NCBI GenBank assembly: GCA_965240325.2
Contig: OZ251250.1
Coordinates: 806,001 to 870,000, forward strand
DNA from: Rebecca billardiae RCC1528
Taxonomy: Eukaryota; Protista; Haptophyta
Direction of reading: 5' to 3'
Length of the DNA stretch: 64,000 bases
Below the pieces are notes generated by a model. That model was not told the DNA's origin and did no database searches. It worked only from the letters and a program-made list of their open reading frames with translations. Each line of letters opens with the position of its first letter. Position 1 is the first letter of the stretch. This document shows positions 44,136-56,178 of the stretch, one piece after another. Both the position numbers and the translations under genes were made by a program.

Positions 44136-45789
44136 GGTTTTGTGTGTGGTGCGTGGGAGGGCGGCAACCCTTCCTTCCCGGCCTCTTCCGCACACGTTCG
44201 TCGGCTGTACTTGACCCCTCAGAGAGTCCACGAGAAGAACTAGTCTTTTCAAGGGTGGAGGATCAGAAGGTCATCAGAACTAGAACGGGATGAGAACGTG
44301 CGAAGGGATTAATACCGCCTGACGGCAGCCCTTCGTGAACCCTCCTCTCGTCGGGCCAATCGCACGGAAGTGTGGGCGCAAGATTTTAAATCTCGCGCCA
44401 TCTGGCGCGAGATCAAGCGCTTGTGGGTGAAGCGGTACGCCGGTACGGCTTGAAGACGTTTCTCAATTAGTAGTGTTTCCCCTTGGGTAGTTGGCGTACT
44501 TTCACATCGACGGCTTTGTCACGACTCACGACTGTCAATATCGCTTCGCGCTTGTGGACTGTTCTGTCAGACCAAACACGGCCCTTGGACCAAAGGACCA
44601 TATTTGATGGTCCTTTGGTCAGACTGTTCTCGCAACGATTCGGCGTGATTACCATGCAACGAGTGCACGACGGACTGCACACCGCGCAGCTCTGAATGAC
44701 GATGGTATGCCGTCGGAGATGCACCGCCGGGTGCGCGAACACACGGATCGGCGGACGCGGACATCAACTACACGCGTGCGCGGAGGTGCTCCCACACACC
44801 CCACTGCGGGGGTCTCTCTGGTAGCCCCCGCATGTCTACCGCGCTCACGTAATGTACTCACGTCTCACCGCGAGCTCGAATCAGGTCGCTCTTAGTCTTA
44901 CCCTCGGTACGCCTCGATTGCAACACGTGCGCGGGGCAGGAGCAGTCCCGCGCGGCCGGGCCGGGACCGGTCAAAATCAAATCGGCGCCCGCGAACCTGT
45001 GTCGGAGTAGGATCTCGTTTCAGACTCAGACTCAGAGCGACCTGCGCGGCCGCGGTCGCGTACCCCGCGGGCTCCGCAGGAACTGCGTCTCGGGCTCTGA
45101 GTCAGTTTCCGCCCGGGCACATCTGCGGAAACGCGGGCAGTGAACTTGCTTGCGCACGCATACGGCGCCGGGAAGCCGCTCATGATATGGCAGTATCATT
45201 GCTGAGTACGGTCGTCAGTCTGATCAGCAGTAATCTCTGAGAGGCTGAGCCGGCAGTGCGCGGGCCCCGAGTGGCGGCACCGCGCCGCGTCCGAGCCCGG
45301 TACCGGGTGCCCGGGCCCGTTCGGGCGAATGCGGAATGGCGCTCAACCGGACCGGGCCCCGGGCGGGGCCCCGCCGGGGCGGCGGCGACGCCATCCGGGA
45401 CGGGCCGCGCCAGGGGCGTCCGCTCGGAGTCTCACAATCAGCGTCCGCGGACCGAGTGGACGTGGTCCGTGGCCGGGCGTGCGGGACTGGCTGACTTTCG
45501 ACACTGGTCCCCTGGGACAGACCTCGGCCCCGGCCCCGGTCCCGGTCCCGGCCGAGGCGGCAGCGGGCGGGTCAGTGAGTGGTCAGCCCGCGGTCAGGCC
45601 GCGGGTCCCGGCCGCCGCGCGCGGACTACACTCCGTCACTCGGCGGACAGGCTTGAGGCTATACCGTATACGTACGGCTACGGGGCGACCGCCGGCGGGA
45701 CGCAGGTACGGGGCCCGCGTACTGTACCCGTGCCAGTGGCAACATACATCGTCGGCAGTCATCGTCGCCGACGACTCGCAGGGTCGCAG

Positions 45790-48237
45790 CTACTGCGGCG
45801 GCAGCGGTGGCGGCCGCGGCCAAGCCTGCGCGCCCTGCTGGGCGCCACCCGCAGCGGCGGCGGCGTGGCCACCGCCAGGGCTGCGCACTGGCAGCAGTGA
45901 CAGCACGCTGGCCGGCGCCTGCCTGCTCGCCGTCGGGCTGCGCACGCGGATCGGTGGCGCCGCGCCGCCGCCGCCCTCCCCGTCGGCAAAGGCAGCGGCG
46001 CCCTCCGCGCCGGCGGTGCGTGGGCTGGCGAGCGCCAGGCTGGAGGGCCGCGGGCTCAGCGCCGCGCCCCCCTGTGGTGCGGTCGAGGCGGTCGGCGAGG
46101 GCGAGAGCGGTCGGCGGAGGCCGGGCCGCGCCAGGCGAGGAGAGGCCCCTCGAGGAGAGGCCGCGGTGGGAGCGCCGCCGTCGCGGTGGTGGCCAGCCTG
46201 GCCCGCGGGCGGGGAGATGAGCACGCGCGGCGACAGGCGGCCGCCATCGCCCGTGGGCGAGCGCGGTGCAAGCTGCGCCGCGCCGCCGCGCCGGAAGGCG
46301 TGCTCTGGGGAGAGCAAGCCAGGGCTGCCGCTGCTACCGGACCGGCCGGACCCCGCCGTCTCGACCGGCGGAGGCCTGGGCGGCGGCGGCCCCGCCGTGC
46401 GTGCGGGCTGCGCGGTGCACGCCGGCGGCAGGCCGGGCGCGCCCTCGCCAGCCCCGCTACGCTCCGCTGCGCCGCCGCCGCCGTCGGCCTCGGGGCCGCT
46501 GGCCGGTGCCGGGGCCGGCGCAGCCGCTTCCGCGCACGAGGCGGAGCCAGGGGGCTGCGGCGCGAAGCGGCGGGTGGCGCCGTGCGCGCCTGTCGGCAGC
46601 GCGGCAGCGCCGCCGTCGGCCAGCGGTCCGTCCGCGCCGCCGCCGTCCGCCGCCGCGTCGGGCTCGGCGGCGCCACCGCCGAGCACGCCCGCCACCGTGA
46701 GCGCGGGCACGTCGAGGCGCGGCGTCGGCGGCGCGGAGCCGCGCGCGGCCGAGCCGGCCGTCTGCTGCGGCTGCGCGCCGTCTGCGCCGCCGCCCCACCG
46801 GCCGCTGGCTGTGGGCGAGCGCGGCGGGAACGGGTGCGCGGAGCGGCGCACGGCGCCGCTCGCCCCGGGTGCGGCGCTCACCGCCCCCGGGGAGAGGGGC
46901 GGTACGCTGAGGGGTGGCGGCGCCTGCAGCGCCGCCTGCGGCTGCGCGCCGCCGCCCCCGTCCGCGGCCGCGCCGCGCAGCCGCGCCGCACCCGCCTGCT
47001 CCAGCGCCGCCCCCCAGTGGGCGCGGTGTGGCGAGAGCGGCGTCTGCGCCGCCAGCGCGTCGTCTGGGACGGTGCAGCGCACGCCGACGTCCGCGGCCAC
47101 CGCCACCACCCACTGCAGCGCGGAGGCGTCGAGCTGCAGACCAGCATGGCTGCCAGCATGGCTGCCCGGGCTGGGCGAACACGCCGCCACAGACGTGCAG
47201 CTCGACGTGTAGCGGGGCTCGGCGGCGGCGCCGCCGTCCGCGCCGCCGTCCGCGCCACTGCCATGCGCCTGGCCGCCAGCGCTGCCTGCACCGCCGGCGC
47301 CCGCGCCCGCGCCGCCACCCGCGTCCCCGTGCACGCCCCCGCCGCCGCCCTCGCCTCCCGCGCCGCGCGCGCCGTCGAGCACGTCCCGAAGCGCGTCGAC
47401 ACACAGCGCGTCGAGCAGAGCTTCTGCAGCCGCGCACAGCACGGAAGCGGGCGCGCAGCGCGCGGCGAGCGCGGCGCGCAGCGCGTGCGCGAGCTCGTCG
47501 GAGGTGCGCTCGCCCTTGGTGTGCACGCGCGGCGCCGCGCCCGCCGCGCCGTCGTGCGCGACGCCGCCCGAGACGCGGCGGCCGCGGCTGCTCGCAGCGG
47601 CCGCCATCGTCGTCGGCCGCGCGTCGCGCGCCGCGCCGACGGCGCGCGCCAGCGCTCGCTCGAGGGCCGCCCGCGCCTCAGTGCCCGCCGCGTGCTCCCG
47701 CCCCGAGGCGTCGGAGTCCGTGCTGCCGCGGCCGGCACGGCTGCTCCCGGCCGCACCGCCCGCGTCGGCGGCTGGCTCGCCCACGCCCTCCGCGCCCCCG
47801 CCCCCGCCGCCCTCTGCGCCGAGTGCCGCGCGCGCCGCCGGCGCAATCGACGCGCCGTCGTCGTCGTCGCCGCCGTCGCCGTCGTCGTCGTCTGACACGG
47901 CCTCGGCGCCCGCCGGCGCCATCGGCTCGAAGTCGAAGACCCGCCGCGCGCCCGCCAGCGCCATCAGCAGCTGCGCGCGCCGCGCGGCCGGCGGCACCTC
48001 CCCGCTCGCCGCGCGCTCCGCGTCGTCCGCGAGCGCGGCGCGCAGCGCGCGCGCGGGCGTCGCGAGTTTGGTCAACTGCCGGTACGTCCGGCCGAGGAGG
48101 AGGAGGTAGAGGGCCTCAGGCGGCAGCCCGTCGATCTCGAGGCCGTCGCCGAGCGCGGGCGGGAGGAACGCCGCCATGCCGTCGACCGAGTCCGCCACGC
48201 GCTCGAACACCCTCGAGCAGAACGGACCAACGCGCAT

Positions 48238-48290
<53 letters not shown>

Positions 48291-49431
48291 CTCGTGCTGC
48301 GCCGCCGCCGGTGCTGGGCGGGTGGGCAGCGGGCGAGGCAGGGGCGTCCGGCGGCGCGTGCGAGGCGCGCGCGCCAACCTCCGCCCCGCCCGCGCCGCCG
48401 CGCGCCTCCTCGTCCCACTCCGCCGCCGCGCGCTCGGCCGCCGGTCCAGGCAGCTCCGCAAGCAGCCTGCCGCCCAGCCGCACGCACAGGCTCACGTACT
48501 GCGCGCGCGGCATCGCGCCGGCGTCGGCGAGGCCGGCGGCGCGCCAGAAGCGCCAGAGCGAGCGCACGACGGAGGGCGGCCCGCGGAACGCGCCCGCCGC
48601 GCCCGACTCCGGCAGCGCCGAGTCCGGCAGCGCCGACAGAGTCCGGAGCACCGCCTGCCGGTCGCGCGAGCGGCTGCGCTGCAGCTGCGCCGGTTTCGTC
48701 AGTCCGGGCGTGTCGTCCGTGGGCAGGCGCAGGTGCGTGGGCGTGCGCCCGCCCTCGGAGCGCGCGCTCGGCGACTTGCCGCCCGACGGGCGCGAGAGCC
48801 GCACCGACTGCACCGACGTCGCGCTGGCCCGCGCGCGCGGCGCGGCGCCGCGCCTCTGCTCGGTCGGCGAGCGGTCTCGACTGCCGGCGTAGCTGCTGCG
48901 GCGCGCGCGCTCGGCGGTGGGCGAGGCCTCGCGGCTGTTGGTGAGCGAGGGGAGCGCCGAGCCCGTCGACGAGCCGCGCCGCAGCGACGGCCGGCGCGGC
49001 GCCGCCGTCGGCGCGAGCGTCGCGTTGGCCGCGCGCGCGGCCGCGGCCGTTGTGTCCGCCGCATAGCCGGGCTCGGCGCCGCGGCTGTGCCGGAGGCCTG
49101 GCAGCGAGGGCGAGCGCCGGCCGGCGGCGGCGGGGTCGGGCGGCGAGGGTGCGCGCGCGCGGCCGGAGCCGTCCACCACCGACGGCTGCGACGACGTGCG
49201 GCGCAGCAGCTGCGTCGGCGACGGCGACGGCGGCATCAGCGTCGACGGTGCGGCGGCGGCGTGGGGCGGGTGGCGGCTGACGAGCGGCGGTGTGTGCGTC
49301 GGCGTCTGGGTCGGCACGCCACGCGGGCGGTTGACGAGCGCGCCCACCCGCACCGCCGGGCTGGACGCGCCCCGGCGCAGCCGCGGCACCGACGAGGCCT
49401 GCCGTGGCGGCTCGAGCAACGTCGCTGCCAT
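45790..49431 (-). CDS. Large low-complexity protein with a degenerate EF-hand-like helical segment
   Basis: Long ORF with S/P/R-rich ends. Ordered core SLWRFW...MPRAQYVSLCVRLG...AEWDEEA...FCSRVFERVAD. Confidence 0.6.
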
Positions 49432-49735
49432 TTTTGGCCCCGCGGCCCGCGCACCCACCCTCGCAACGCGTGCGCAAGCGTTGGGCGCGGCCCCTACGGT
49501 ACTCGTCCTTGGGTATTCATCACGGGACATATCGCACATATGGCTCCTGTATTCATCATATTGCGCACATGGCCTGAAACCGGTTCGTGGCCAAAGTACG
49601 ATACGTATGTCCTAATAGATTCACAAGTCACTCACAGCGCAGAACCAAGGGCCATGGGCATGGCAGAAAGTTTTGCTGTGGCCCAACGCAATCAGGCCTT
49701 GTGTCAGGACTGCTCTGTGCTCAGGGCCTTCACGG

Positions 49736-51910
49736 TCAGGGCGATTCGGCCCTCGCGGAGAAGGCGCTGCGGGAGCGGCGCAGCTCGGTGGACAGGCGGC
49801 TCATGCGCTGCCCGGTGCGCTGGATCTTCTCGAGCACGCGCGGCGCCTTCTTCTCCTTGGGCACCGCCCAGATGTCCGCGTGCTTGTTCGAGTGGTCCGG
49901 CTCCTGCCACAGCTTCACCCGCTGGCACGCCTCGTTCCAGCTCCGCCACTCGTTGATCGGGTCGAGGGTGAGGGCGTGGGAGACCGCCTGGCTCACGCGG
50001 CTCCGCCGTCGCTCCTGGCTGCGCTTGGGCTTGGCGGGCGGCTCGGCCTCGAGCCCCACCATCCTGCGCGCCCCCATGAGCAGCATGTCCCGCCGGTACT
50101 TGAGCCACAGCCACAGCAGCCCGAGCGCGTGCGCCACCAGCCAGATGCAGACCAGCGCGACGGACGCGCGCCGCTCGAGCTCGATGTCGCACGCTTCCTG
50201 CGCGGCGCTGGCGAGCTGCGCGGAGAGCTCGACCGAGCAGCGCGAGGCGGTGAAGGTGACCTTCATCACGAGCAGCAGGTGGAAGACGAACACGCCGAGG
50301 AAGTACCCGTCCGCCCAGTTCAGCGTCGTCTGCTTCGGCACCATCTCGTTCGTGGCGAACTTGAACGCCACCGCCGTGAGCAGAGAGCCGAGCACAAAGC
50401 CCACGCGCGCGGGTGGGTCCCACTCCGTGCGCCAGTCGGCGATGAGCGTGCAGAGCACGAGGAGGAAGAGCGGCAGCCCGATGTTCACCATCACGTACTT
50501 GGGGTTGCGCCGCACGCGGATGCACAGCGCCGGCTTCTCCACCAGCGCCGGCTTGAGATACCGCCCCTGCGCCTTGTCCCAGTGCGGCCGCACGATCACG
50601 GCCGTGCCGAGATGCTCCCACGTGTCCCAGGGGTCGACGAGCGAGCAGTCCTCGGTGAAGAGGTACACGTCCTCGGGGTAGACCTTGTTGATGCCGTGCG
50701 CCTTCTTCGGCTTGGGGGCCTGCCCCGCGCCGCCCTGGCCCTCCTGGGCGGCGGGCGGCTGCAGCGGCAGGCTGCCTGCGGCCGCGCCGCGGTCGGGCGG
50801 CGGCGGCTGTGGCTGCTGCTGCGACTGCGGCGGCGGCGGCGGCTGCGCGGGCGCGATCTTGGGCTCGTCCGACCCCGGCGAGCGCGCGCGGAACGGCGCG
50901 CACAGCACGGCGGCCCCCTCCTTCCGCCCCCTCTCGCCCTCCTTCGCCTCCTTGGGCGGGGGCGGCGGCGGCAGCTCGGCGCGATAGATGCCGCCACCCT
51001 CGCTCCGCATGCCGCGCACGTCCCGAAGCGACTCGGGGCGCGTCGGGTGGACGTGCCAGCCGTAGGTGGGCCCGCGGCGCAGCTGGATCACCAGCGGCAG
51101 CAGGTGGCGGTCGAACGGGAAGTCGCTCGTCTGCAGCACCGCGCGCAGCTCCAGCGTGTACCCCAGCTGCACGCCCACCAGGTGCGTGTCTCGGTCGTAC
51201 GCCACCCAGTCCCATTTGGGCTCGGTCTCGCCCGTGCCGTTGAGGCAGAGCGCGCGCGGGTTGAGCGCGAAGGCCTCGGGGCCGTGCGACGCGATGGCGT
51301 AGTTGAAGTTGAACGAGCCGTCCGTCACGAAGTCGTCCACCTCGTCGTCCTCGCCGTTGTCCTCCTCCTCCTCGCTCGAGTCGAGCTGGTCCGCCTCCCG
51401 CGCCGCCGCCTTGCCCTGCGCGTGGGCGGCGGCGTCGCCGCCGGGCGGGCCCTCGGCGAGCCAGCGCGCCTGGGCCTTGGCGGACTTGCGCGCGCGCCGC
51501 CGCGCGCGCCGCGCCCTCGCCACCTCCTCGCGCTCCCTGCGGTACTCCTTCGTGAACTTGTGCGCGAGCCTCGTCACGCCGTGCGGCGTGGACAGCTTCA
51601 CCTTCTCCAGCCACTCGGAGTCGACCCAGAAGAGCTTGAGCGTGAGCGAGGCGCGGAAGACCTGCGAGATGATGTCGAGCTCGTCGAGCAGCTTGCACTT
51701 CGCCACGATCCACACGTCGAGCTCCCGCCTCGCGCCCTTCTTCTGCCCGGCGGGGTCGTGCCGCGGCGTCGGCGCGCCCGAGATGCTCGGCGTCGGCGGC
51801 GCGGACGACTGCGGCGCGGGCGACTCGGGCGGCGAGGACGTGACCGCGATGTGCGGCGAGTCCGTGGGCGCGACGACCTTCGAGCGCGTGCCGTCCGCGC
51901 TCAGCTGCAT
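49736..51910 (-). CDS. Cys-less pentameric ligand-gated ion channel subunit (pLGIC)
   Basis: FRASLTLKLFWVD, Pro-loop DFPFDRH without Cys, pre-M1/M1 VRRNPKYVMVNIGLP, M2 PARVGFVLGSLLTAVAF, M2-M3 VPKQTTLNWADGY, and M4. Confidence 0.9.
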   Translation of the reverse strand: MQLSADGTRSKVVAPTDSPHIAVTSSPPESPAPQSSAPPTPSISGAPTPRHDPAGQKKGARRELDVWIVAKCKLLDELDIISQVFRASLTLKLFWVDSEWLEKVKLSTPHGVTRLAHKFTKEYRREREEVARARRARRRARKSAKAQARWLAEGPPGGDAAAHAQGKAAAREADQLDSSEEEEDNGEDDEVDDFVTDGSFNFNYAIASHGPEAFALNPRALCLNGTGETEPKWDWVAYDRDTHLVGVQLGYTLELRAVLQTSDFPFDRHLLPLVIQLRRGPTYGWHVHPTRPESLRDVRGMRSEGGGIYRAELPPPPPPKEAKEGERGRKEGAAVLCAPFRARSPGSDEPKIAPAQPPPPPQSQQQPQPPPPDRGAAAGSLPLQPPAAQEGQGGAGQAPKPKKAHGINKVYPEDVYLFTEDCSLVDPWDTWEHLGTAVIVRPHWDKAQGRYLKPALVEKPALCIRVRRNPKYVMVNIGLPLFLLVLCTLIADWRTEWDPPARVGFVLGSLLTAVAFKFATNEMVPKQTTLNWADGYFLGVFVFHLLLVMKVTFTASRCSVELSAQLASAAQEACDIELERRASVALVCIWLVAHALGLLWLWLKYRRDMLLMGARRMVGLEAEPPAKPKRSQERRRSRVSQAVSHALTLDPINEWRSWNEACQRVKLWQEPDHSNKHADIWAVPKEKKAPRVLEKIQRTGQRMSRLSTELRRSRSAFSARAESP

Positions 51911-52364
51911 CGTGCGCGCGCGACTGCGAGCCCTCGCGCGCGCTCGAGGTGCGTTGACGCTCTGATGACCCACCTGCCGCCAACGATTTCTTCGGTGGCC
52001 AAACCGCAAACGGCCAGCATGGCCGCCAGCCGCCAGCCGGCATGCGAGGCGCACTGCCAAGGGCCGCGTGGCGTTTCCAATGGTCAACGATCGGCCAGAG
52101 AGCAGAGGGGCTCATCGGGGCGGTCAGTCTTAGGCTCTCAGAACGTAGCTAGCTTCGGGCCTCAGATGGGCGCCGGGGCCCTGCGCCGCGCAAACGCCCG
52201 ACCGTCCGCGTCCCGAAGGCACGGTCCGCCCGCGACACACCGTGACGGCCCGCGCAGCCGTCAGACGGACAAGAGCCACCCAGCCGACCGCCGGGCGCGT
52301 TGCGCGCGCACGGCGCGGCAGCCGCAGCGCCGGGCACGCGCGCAGCGGCGACGATCTCGCGCCG

Positions 52365-54566
52365 CTACGTGCCGCTCGCCGCGGCGGCGCGCGCCTTCTT
52401 TGCGGCGTTGGCCTTCTCCTCGAGAAGCTTCTCAATCTTCTGGTGCTGCCCGTCGAGCTTCTGCTTCTGCCGGCGCTCGTACTCGGCCTCCTCCGCCGCC
52501 GAGCGCTTCGCCCCGCCGCGCCGCCCGCCGCCGCCGCCATCGTCCTCGTCCGCGGTGCCCAGGGTCGGGTCGACCACCAGCGGCCCGCCCTTTTTATTAT
52601 TCTTTTTGCCGCCCTTTTCCTTTTTCGCGCCGGAGCCGTCCTCCTCCTCCTCCTCGTCCTCGTCCGCGTCCGCGCCGCCGCCCACGCCGAGCGCGAGCGC
52701 CTGGCCGGGCAGCAGCTCGCCGTACGCGTCCTCCTCCTCCGCCGCCGCCGCCGCGCCCTCCTCCATCGCGCGCCGCGCCTCCAGAAAGTCGCGCTCCAGC
52801 GCCGTCTTGCCCGCGAGCTCTGCGGACGCCTCCGCGGCCGCGGCGCGCTCGCGCTCGCGCACGGCCGCGGGCAGGCTGTCCCACGCGAAGGCGAGCGCGG
52901 CGGCCTCGGCGGCGCGGTTGGGGGCGGAGCCGCGCGCCGCCGCGTGCCCGGCCACGCCGCCCGCCGCGTGCCCCGCCTCCGCCTCCTCCTCCGCACCCAG
53001 CGGGCCGAGCGCGCGCGCCCGGAGCACCAACGAATCAAGCGGCGGCGGCGGCGCGGCCGGCCCGGCGGCGCGCAGCTGGGCGGCGGTCGGGAGGCAGACG
53101 TAGTCGTCGTCGCGGGAGCGCGCGGCGGTGGGCTCGGCGTCGTCGTCGTCGTCGTCGTCGAAGATGCGCCTCACGCGCTTCGGCGGCGCGGCCGCCGCGC
53201 GCTGCTGCTGCGGCGGCGGCGGCAGTGGCGGTGGCGGCGCGGCGGCGGCAGCGGCCGTGCCGGCGGCGGCAGCCGGGCGCACCACCCCGCTCAGCTCCGC
53301 TGCCGCCGCCTCGGACGTCGCGGCGCGGGGTGGCGAGGCCGGCGCGCCGGCGTCATGCGCCGCGCCCGGGCCCCGGCCGGACGCCCCCACCGGCTTGGCG
53401 GGCGGCGGCGGCTTGCGGAACACGACCCGCACCGCCGCCGAGCGAGCGCGCGCGCCGCTGCCGCGCGCGCCGCCCGCGCCGCCGCGGCGCTCGGCGGCGC
53501 CCGCGCCGGCGCTCGCCGCAGCGGTGAGCGCGGCGGAGCCGGGCAGCTGCGCGAGGGTGCGCTGCAGCACCCTCATCTGCGCGGAGGGCAGCCCCGCCTG
53601 CAGCGCGAAGCCGCCCGCCGAGCGCCGCCGCGCCGCCGCGCCCACGGCGGACACGGCGGCGGCGGTGCCGGCAGCGGCCGCGCGCGCGCCGCGCGACGCG
53701 GCGAGCGCGTCTGCGGCGCGCGCGCGGCTCGGCGCGGCTCCGGCCTCGACGACGATGGTGGGCACGTCCGGGAGGCGCTCGGCGGCGGCCTCGGTCGCGG
53801 AGACGCCGTACACGAGCGTCGTCTCGTGCGCGCGGAACGAGCCCACCAGCGCAGCCCCACCGCTACCGCCACCGCCCGCGGCGGCGGCGGCGGCGCCCGC
53901 CGCGCCGCCCGCGCCGCGCGCCGCCTGGCCGATCGCGGCGAGAAGGCGCGCGGCGAGCTCGCCGCGCGCGGCGTGCGCCGGCCCGTCCTTCCGCGCGCGC
54001 GACCCGCCCGCCGCCGCCTCCGCGCGCGCCTTCTGCAGCAGCGTGTAGTCCAGCCCTTTGACGAGGTGAGTACGCTCCTCCGTACCGCCGAGGTACTTGG
54101 ATTCCGCGATCTCGCGCAATCTCGCCGCCTCGCGCGCGGCGGCGGCGGCGGGGTCGAGCGGCGCGGCGGGGCCGTCCGCGAGGCCCGGCGTGGGCGGGAC
54201 CGCGTGCTGCGACGCGGGACCGCCGCCGAGGCCGATGGCGCCCGCGGTGGGCGCGCCGCCACCGTAGGCAGGAGCAAAGGCGCCGCCGTCGATTCCGCCG
54301 GCCGCGTCGGCGGTCCCGGCGGCCTCGGCGCGGCGTCGCTCTGCGGCGCGGTCGCGGTACGCACCCGCCGCGTCGGCAGCCTCCTGCTGCCGCTGGATGT
54401 ACGCCGCCTTCTTCTCGAACCGAGCGCGCGCCGCCGCCTTGCGCTGCTTGGCTGCCTCGTCCAACGGAGCGCGCGCGCCGGCCGCGCCGCCGCCCCCGGA
54501 CGCCGCGCCGGACTCGAGCAGGTCCTTGAAGTGCGCGTTGGTGCGCGGCTGCGACTCGTCCGCCAT
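52365..54566 (-). CDS. IK: Spliceosomal protein RED (IK/SMU2 homologue)
   Basis: TNAHFKDLL, YRDRAAERR, ESKYLGGTEERTHLVKGLDYTLLQKAR (RED_N), DAYGELLPG, and a C-terminal KQKLDGQHQKIEKLL. Confidence 0.9.
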   Translation of the reverse strand: MADESQPRTNAHFKDLLESGAASGGGGAAGARAPLDEAAKQRKAAARARFEKKAAYIQRQQEAADAAGAYRDRAAERRRAEAAGTADAAGGIDGGAFAPAYGGGAPTAGAIGLGGGPASQHAVPPTPGLADGPAAPLDPAAAAAREAARLREIAESKYLGGTEERTHLVKGLDYTLLQKARAEAAAGGSRARKDGPAHAARGELAARLLAAIGQAARGAGGAAGAAAAAAGGGGSGGAALVGSFRAHETTLVYGVSATEAAAERLPDVPTIVVEAGAAPSRARAADALAASRGARAAAAGTAAAVSAVGAAARRRSAGGFALQAGLPSAQMRVLQRTLAQLPGSAALTAAASAGAGAAERRGGAGGARGSGARARSAAVRVVFRKPPPPAKPVGASGRGPGAAHDAGAPASPPRAATSEAAAAELSGVVRPAAAAGTAAAAAAPPPPLPPPPQQQRAAAAPPKRVRRIFDDDDDDDAEPTAARSRDDDYVCLPTAAQLRAAGPAAPPPPLDSLVLRARALGPLGAEEEAEAGHAAGGVAGHAAARGSAPNRAAEAAALAFAWDSLPAAVRERERAAAAEASAELAGKTALERDFLEARRAMEEGAAAAAEEEDAYGELLPGQALALGVGGGADADEDEEEEEDGSGAKKEKGGKKNNKKGGPLVVDPTLGTADEDDGGGGGRRGGAKRSAAEEAEYERRQKQKLDGQHQKIEKLLEEKANAAKKARAAAASGT

Positions 54567-54711
54567 GCGCGCGCGCGCGCGCCCTGCGCCGTGTGCGCCG
54601 CGGTGACTGGCCGCCCGGGCGCACTCCGAGCGTGACGGCGTGAGCGTGCTTTGACTGACGGAGGCTTCTGGAGCCGCAAGGACGAGAATGATGGCGGTTG
54701 TGAGTGGCCTA

Positions 54712-55318
54712 TGGAGCGCTCGTTGGAACTTGAGCGGGGGTGGAACTTGACACCGCATTTCCCAGCGAAGTGCCCCATCTCGGCGGGGCTGGCACGGTCG
54801 GCACACGCTCCTGAGCGCTCGCTTCGCGGTGCGGCAGGCCTTGGGCAGCCCAGACAGACATGCCGCGACCGAATTACCGGGCCATGCGCGCACCACACCC
54901 GCGCTACATGGCCTGCGCGCTGGACGACTGAGAGGCAACGCCGAACCACTGCATTCCACTGCCCCGCATGCACCCCGAGTCACCTTCAGAGGGCGTCGAC
55001 GAGCGCAGAGCGGGTGCGTGGGAGTTCGACCAACTCGTGTACCTTCTTGCAAGCACCAGCGGCGAGGTCGCAAGCCGAACCTTGACCAGCCGTGGAACTT
55101 GAGCTGGTCGGCAGCAAAACCACCGTTTAACCCGGATCAAGTTAGCAGCGTGCGAGGAGAGGAGGCGCGGTGCGCGTCCGCGGCTGGCGAGAGGCGTCCG
55201 GACCGTGCCGTTCTCGGCCGCGCCCGCGCGCTTCCCGCCGCCGCAGGCCCCGTGTACGCCCGTCGTCGCCCTCGCCGCGCGGGCGCCAAACCGGCGTCAA
55301 GTTCTAATGAGCGCTCCA
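54712..55318. mobile_element. Tc1/mariner-like MITE (TA TSD)
   Basis: TA|TGGAGCGCTCGTTGGAACTTGA ... TCAAGTTCTAATGAGCGCTCCA|TA: 22-bp TIR with 2 mismatches. Confidence 0.65.
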
Positions 55319-55483
55319 TACTACTTTTCCTAGAATTGGTTTGGTTGACGAGACACGCCGAACATTCACGCTTCTCGCTGGCGCTGATTGGCCGGGCGCT
55401 TCTCGCGCGGCGGCTTGCGCGCCCGTCGGCGAGCGCTCCGCCCGTCACCCCCGAGCCACACGCCCGGCCGTCGTCAACGCGCG

Positions 55484-56178
55484 ATGCTCGCCCGCCTGAC
55501 AGTCCTCCTCGCGCTCCTCGGCTCGGCGCTGCAGCTCGCGCACGCGCTCTCCTCCGGCCGCGCCCCGGGCCTCGCGCGCGCGCGCTCCGCCTTCGCCGTG
55601 CGCGTCACGCGCAAGTCTGAGGACCACACCGTCAAAGCGGAAGCGCTGCCGCCGCTCAGCCTCGAGACGATCGCCGGGTACTGGGAGCTCGAGGAGCAGG
55701 AGGACGACGTGTCGACGCACACGCTCGTCCACCTCCTCCCCGGCGGCACGATCGAGCTCGGCAAGACCGACGGCCCGGTCCCCGAGTCCTTCTCCGGCAC
55801 GTGGGCGGTGAAGGACCAGAGCACGTGGTCGTTCGAGCTCAAGCTCAAGCGCAACTTCGAGGACGGCAAGTTCCCGTACGACGTCGAGCGGAAGTACAGC
55901 GGGTACATCGAGGACGGCGGCGCGCTGCGCACCGTCGAGGGGACCGTTGTCATCGACGACAGCTGTGCGCGCGTCGCGCGGCGCCGCGCCGTGCGCCGTG
56001 CGCCGTGCGCCGTGCGCCGTGCGCCGTGCGCGCGCGTGCGAGCGAGTGCGAGCGAGTGCCCCCTCTCACGCCGCCGCACCGCGTGCACCGCTGCCTGCGC
56101 GCGCGCGTAGCTCGCGGGCCGATCGATGCGGGCTACTTTGTCTTCACGAACGTGCAGGACTTCCCCGACGACGAGTGA
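55484..56178 (+). CDS. Hypothetical plastid-targeted beta-barrel-like protein, 2 exons
   Basis: Signal peptide MLARLTVLLALLGSALQLAHA plus an R/S/A-rich transit-like region; IAGYWELEE...SGTW beta-strand pattern. Intron 55965-56110. Confidence 0.75.
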
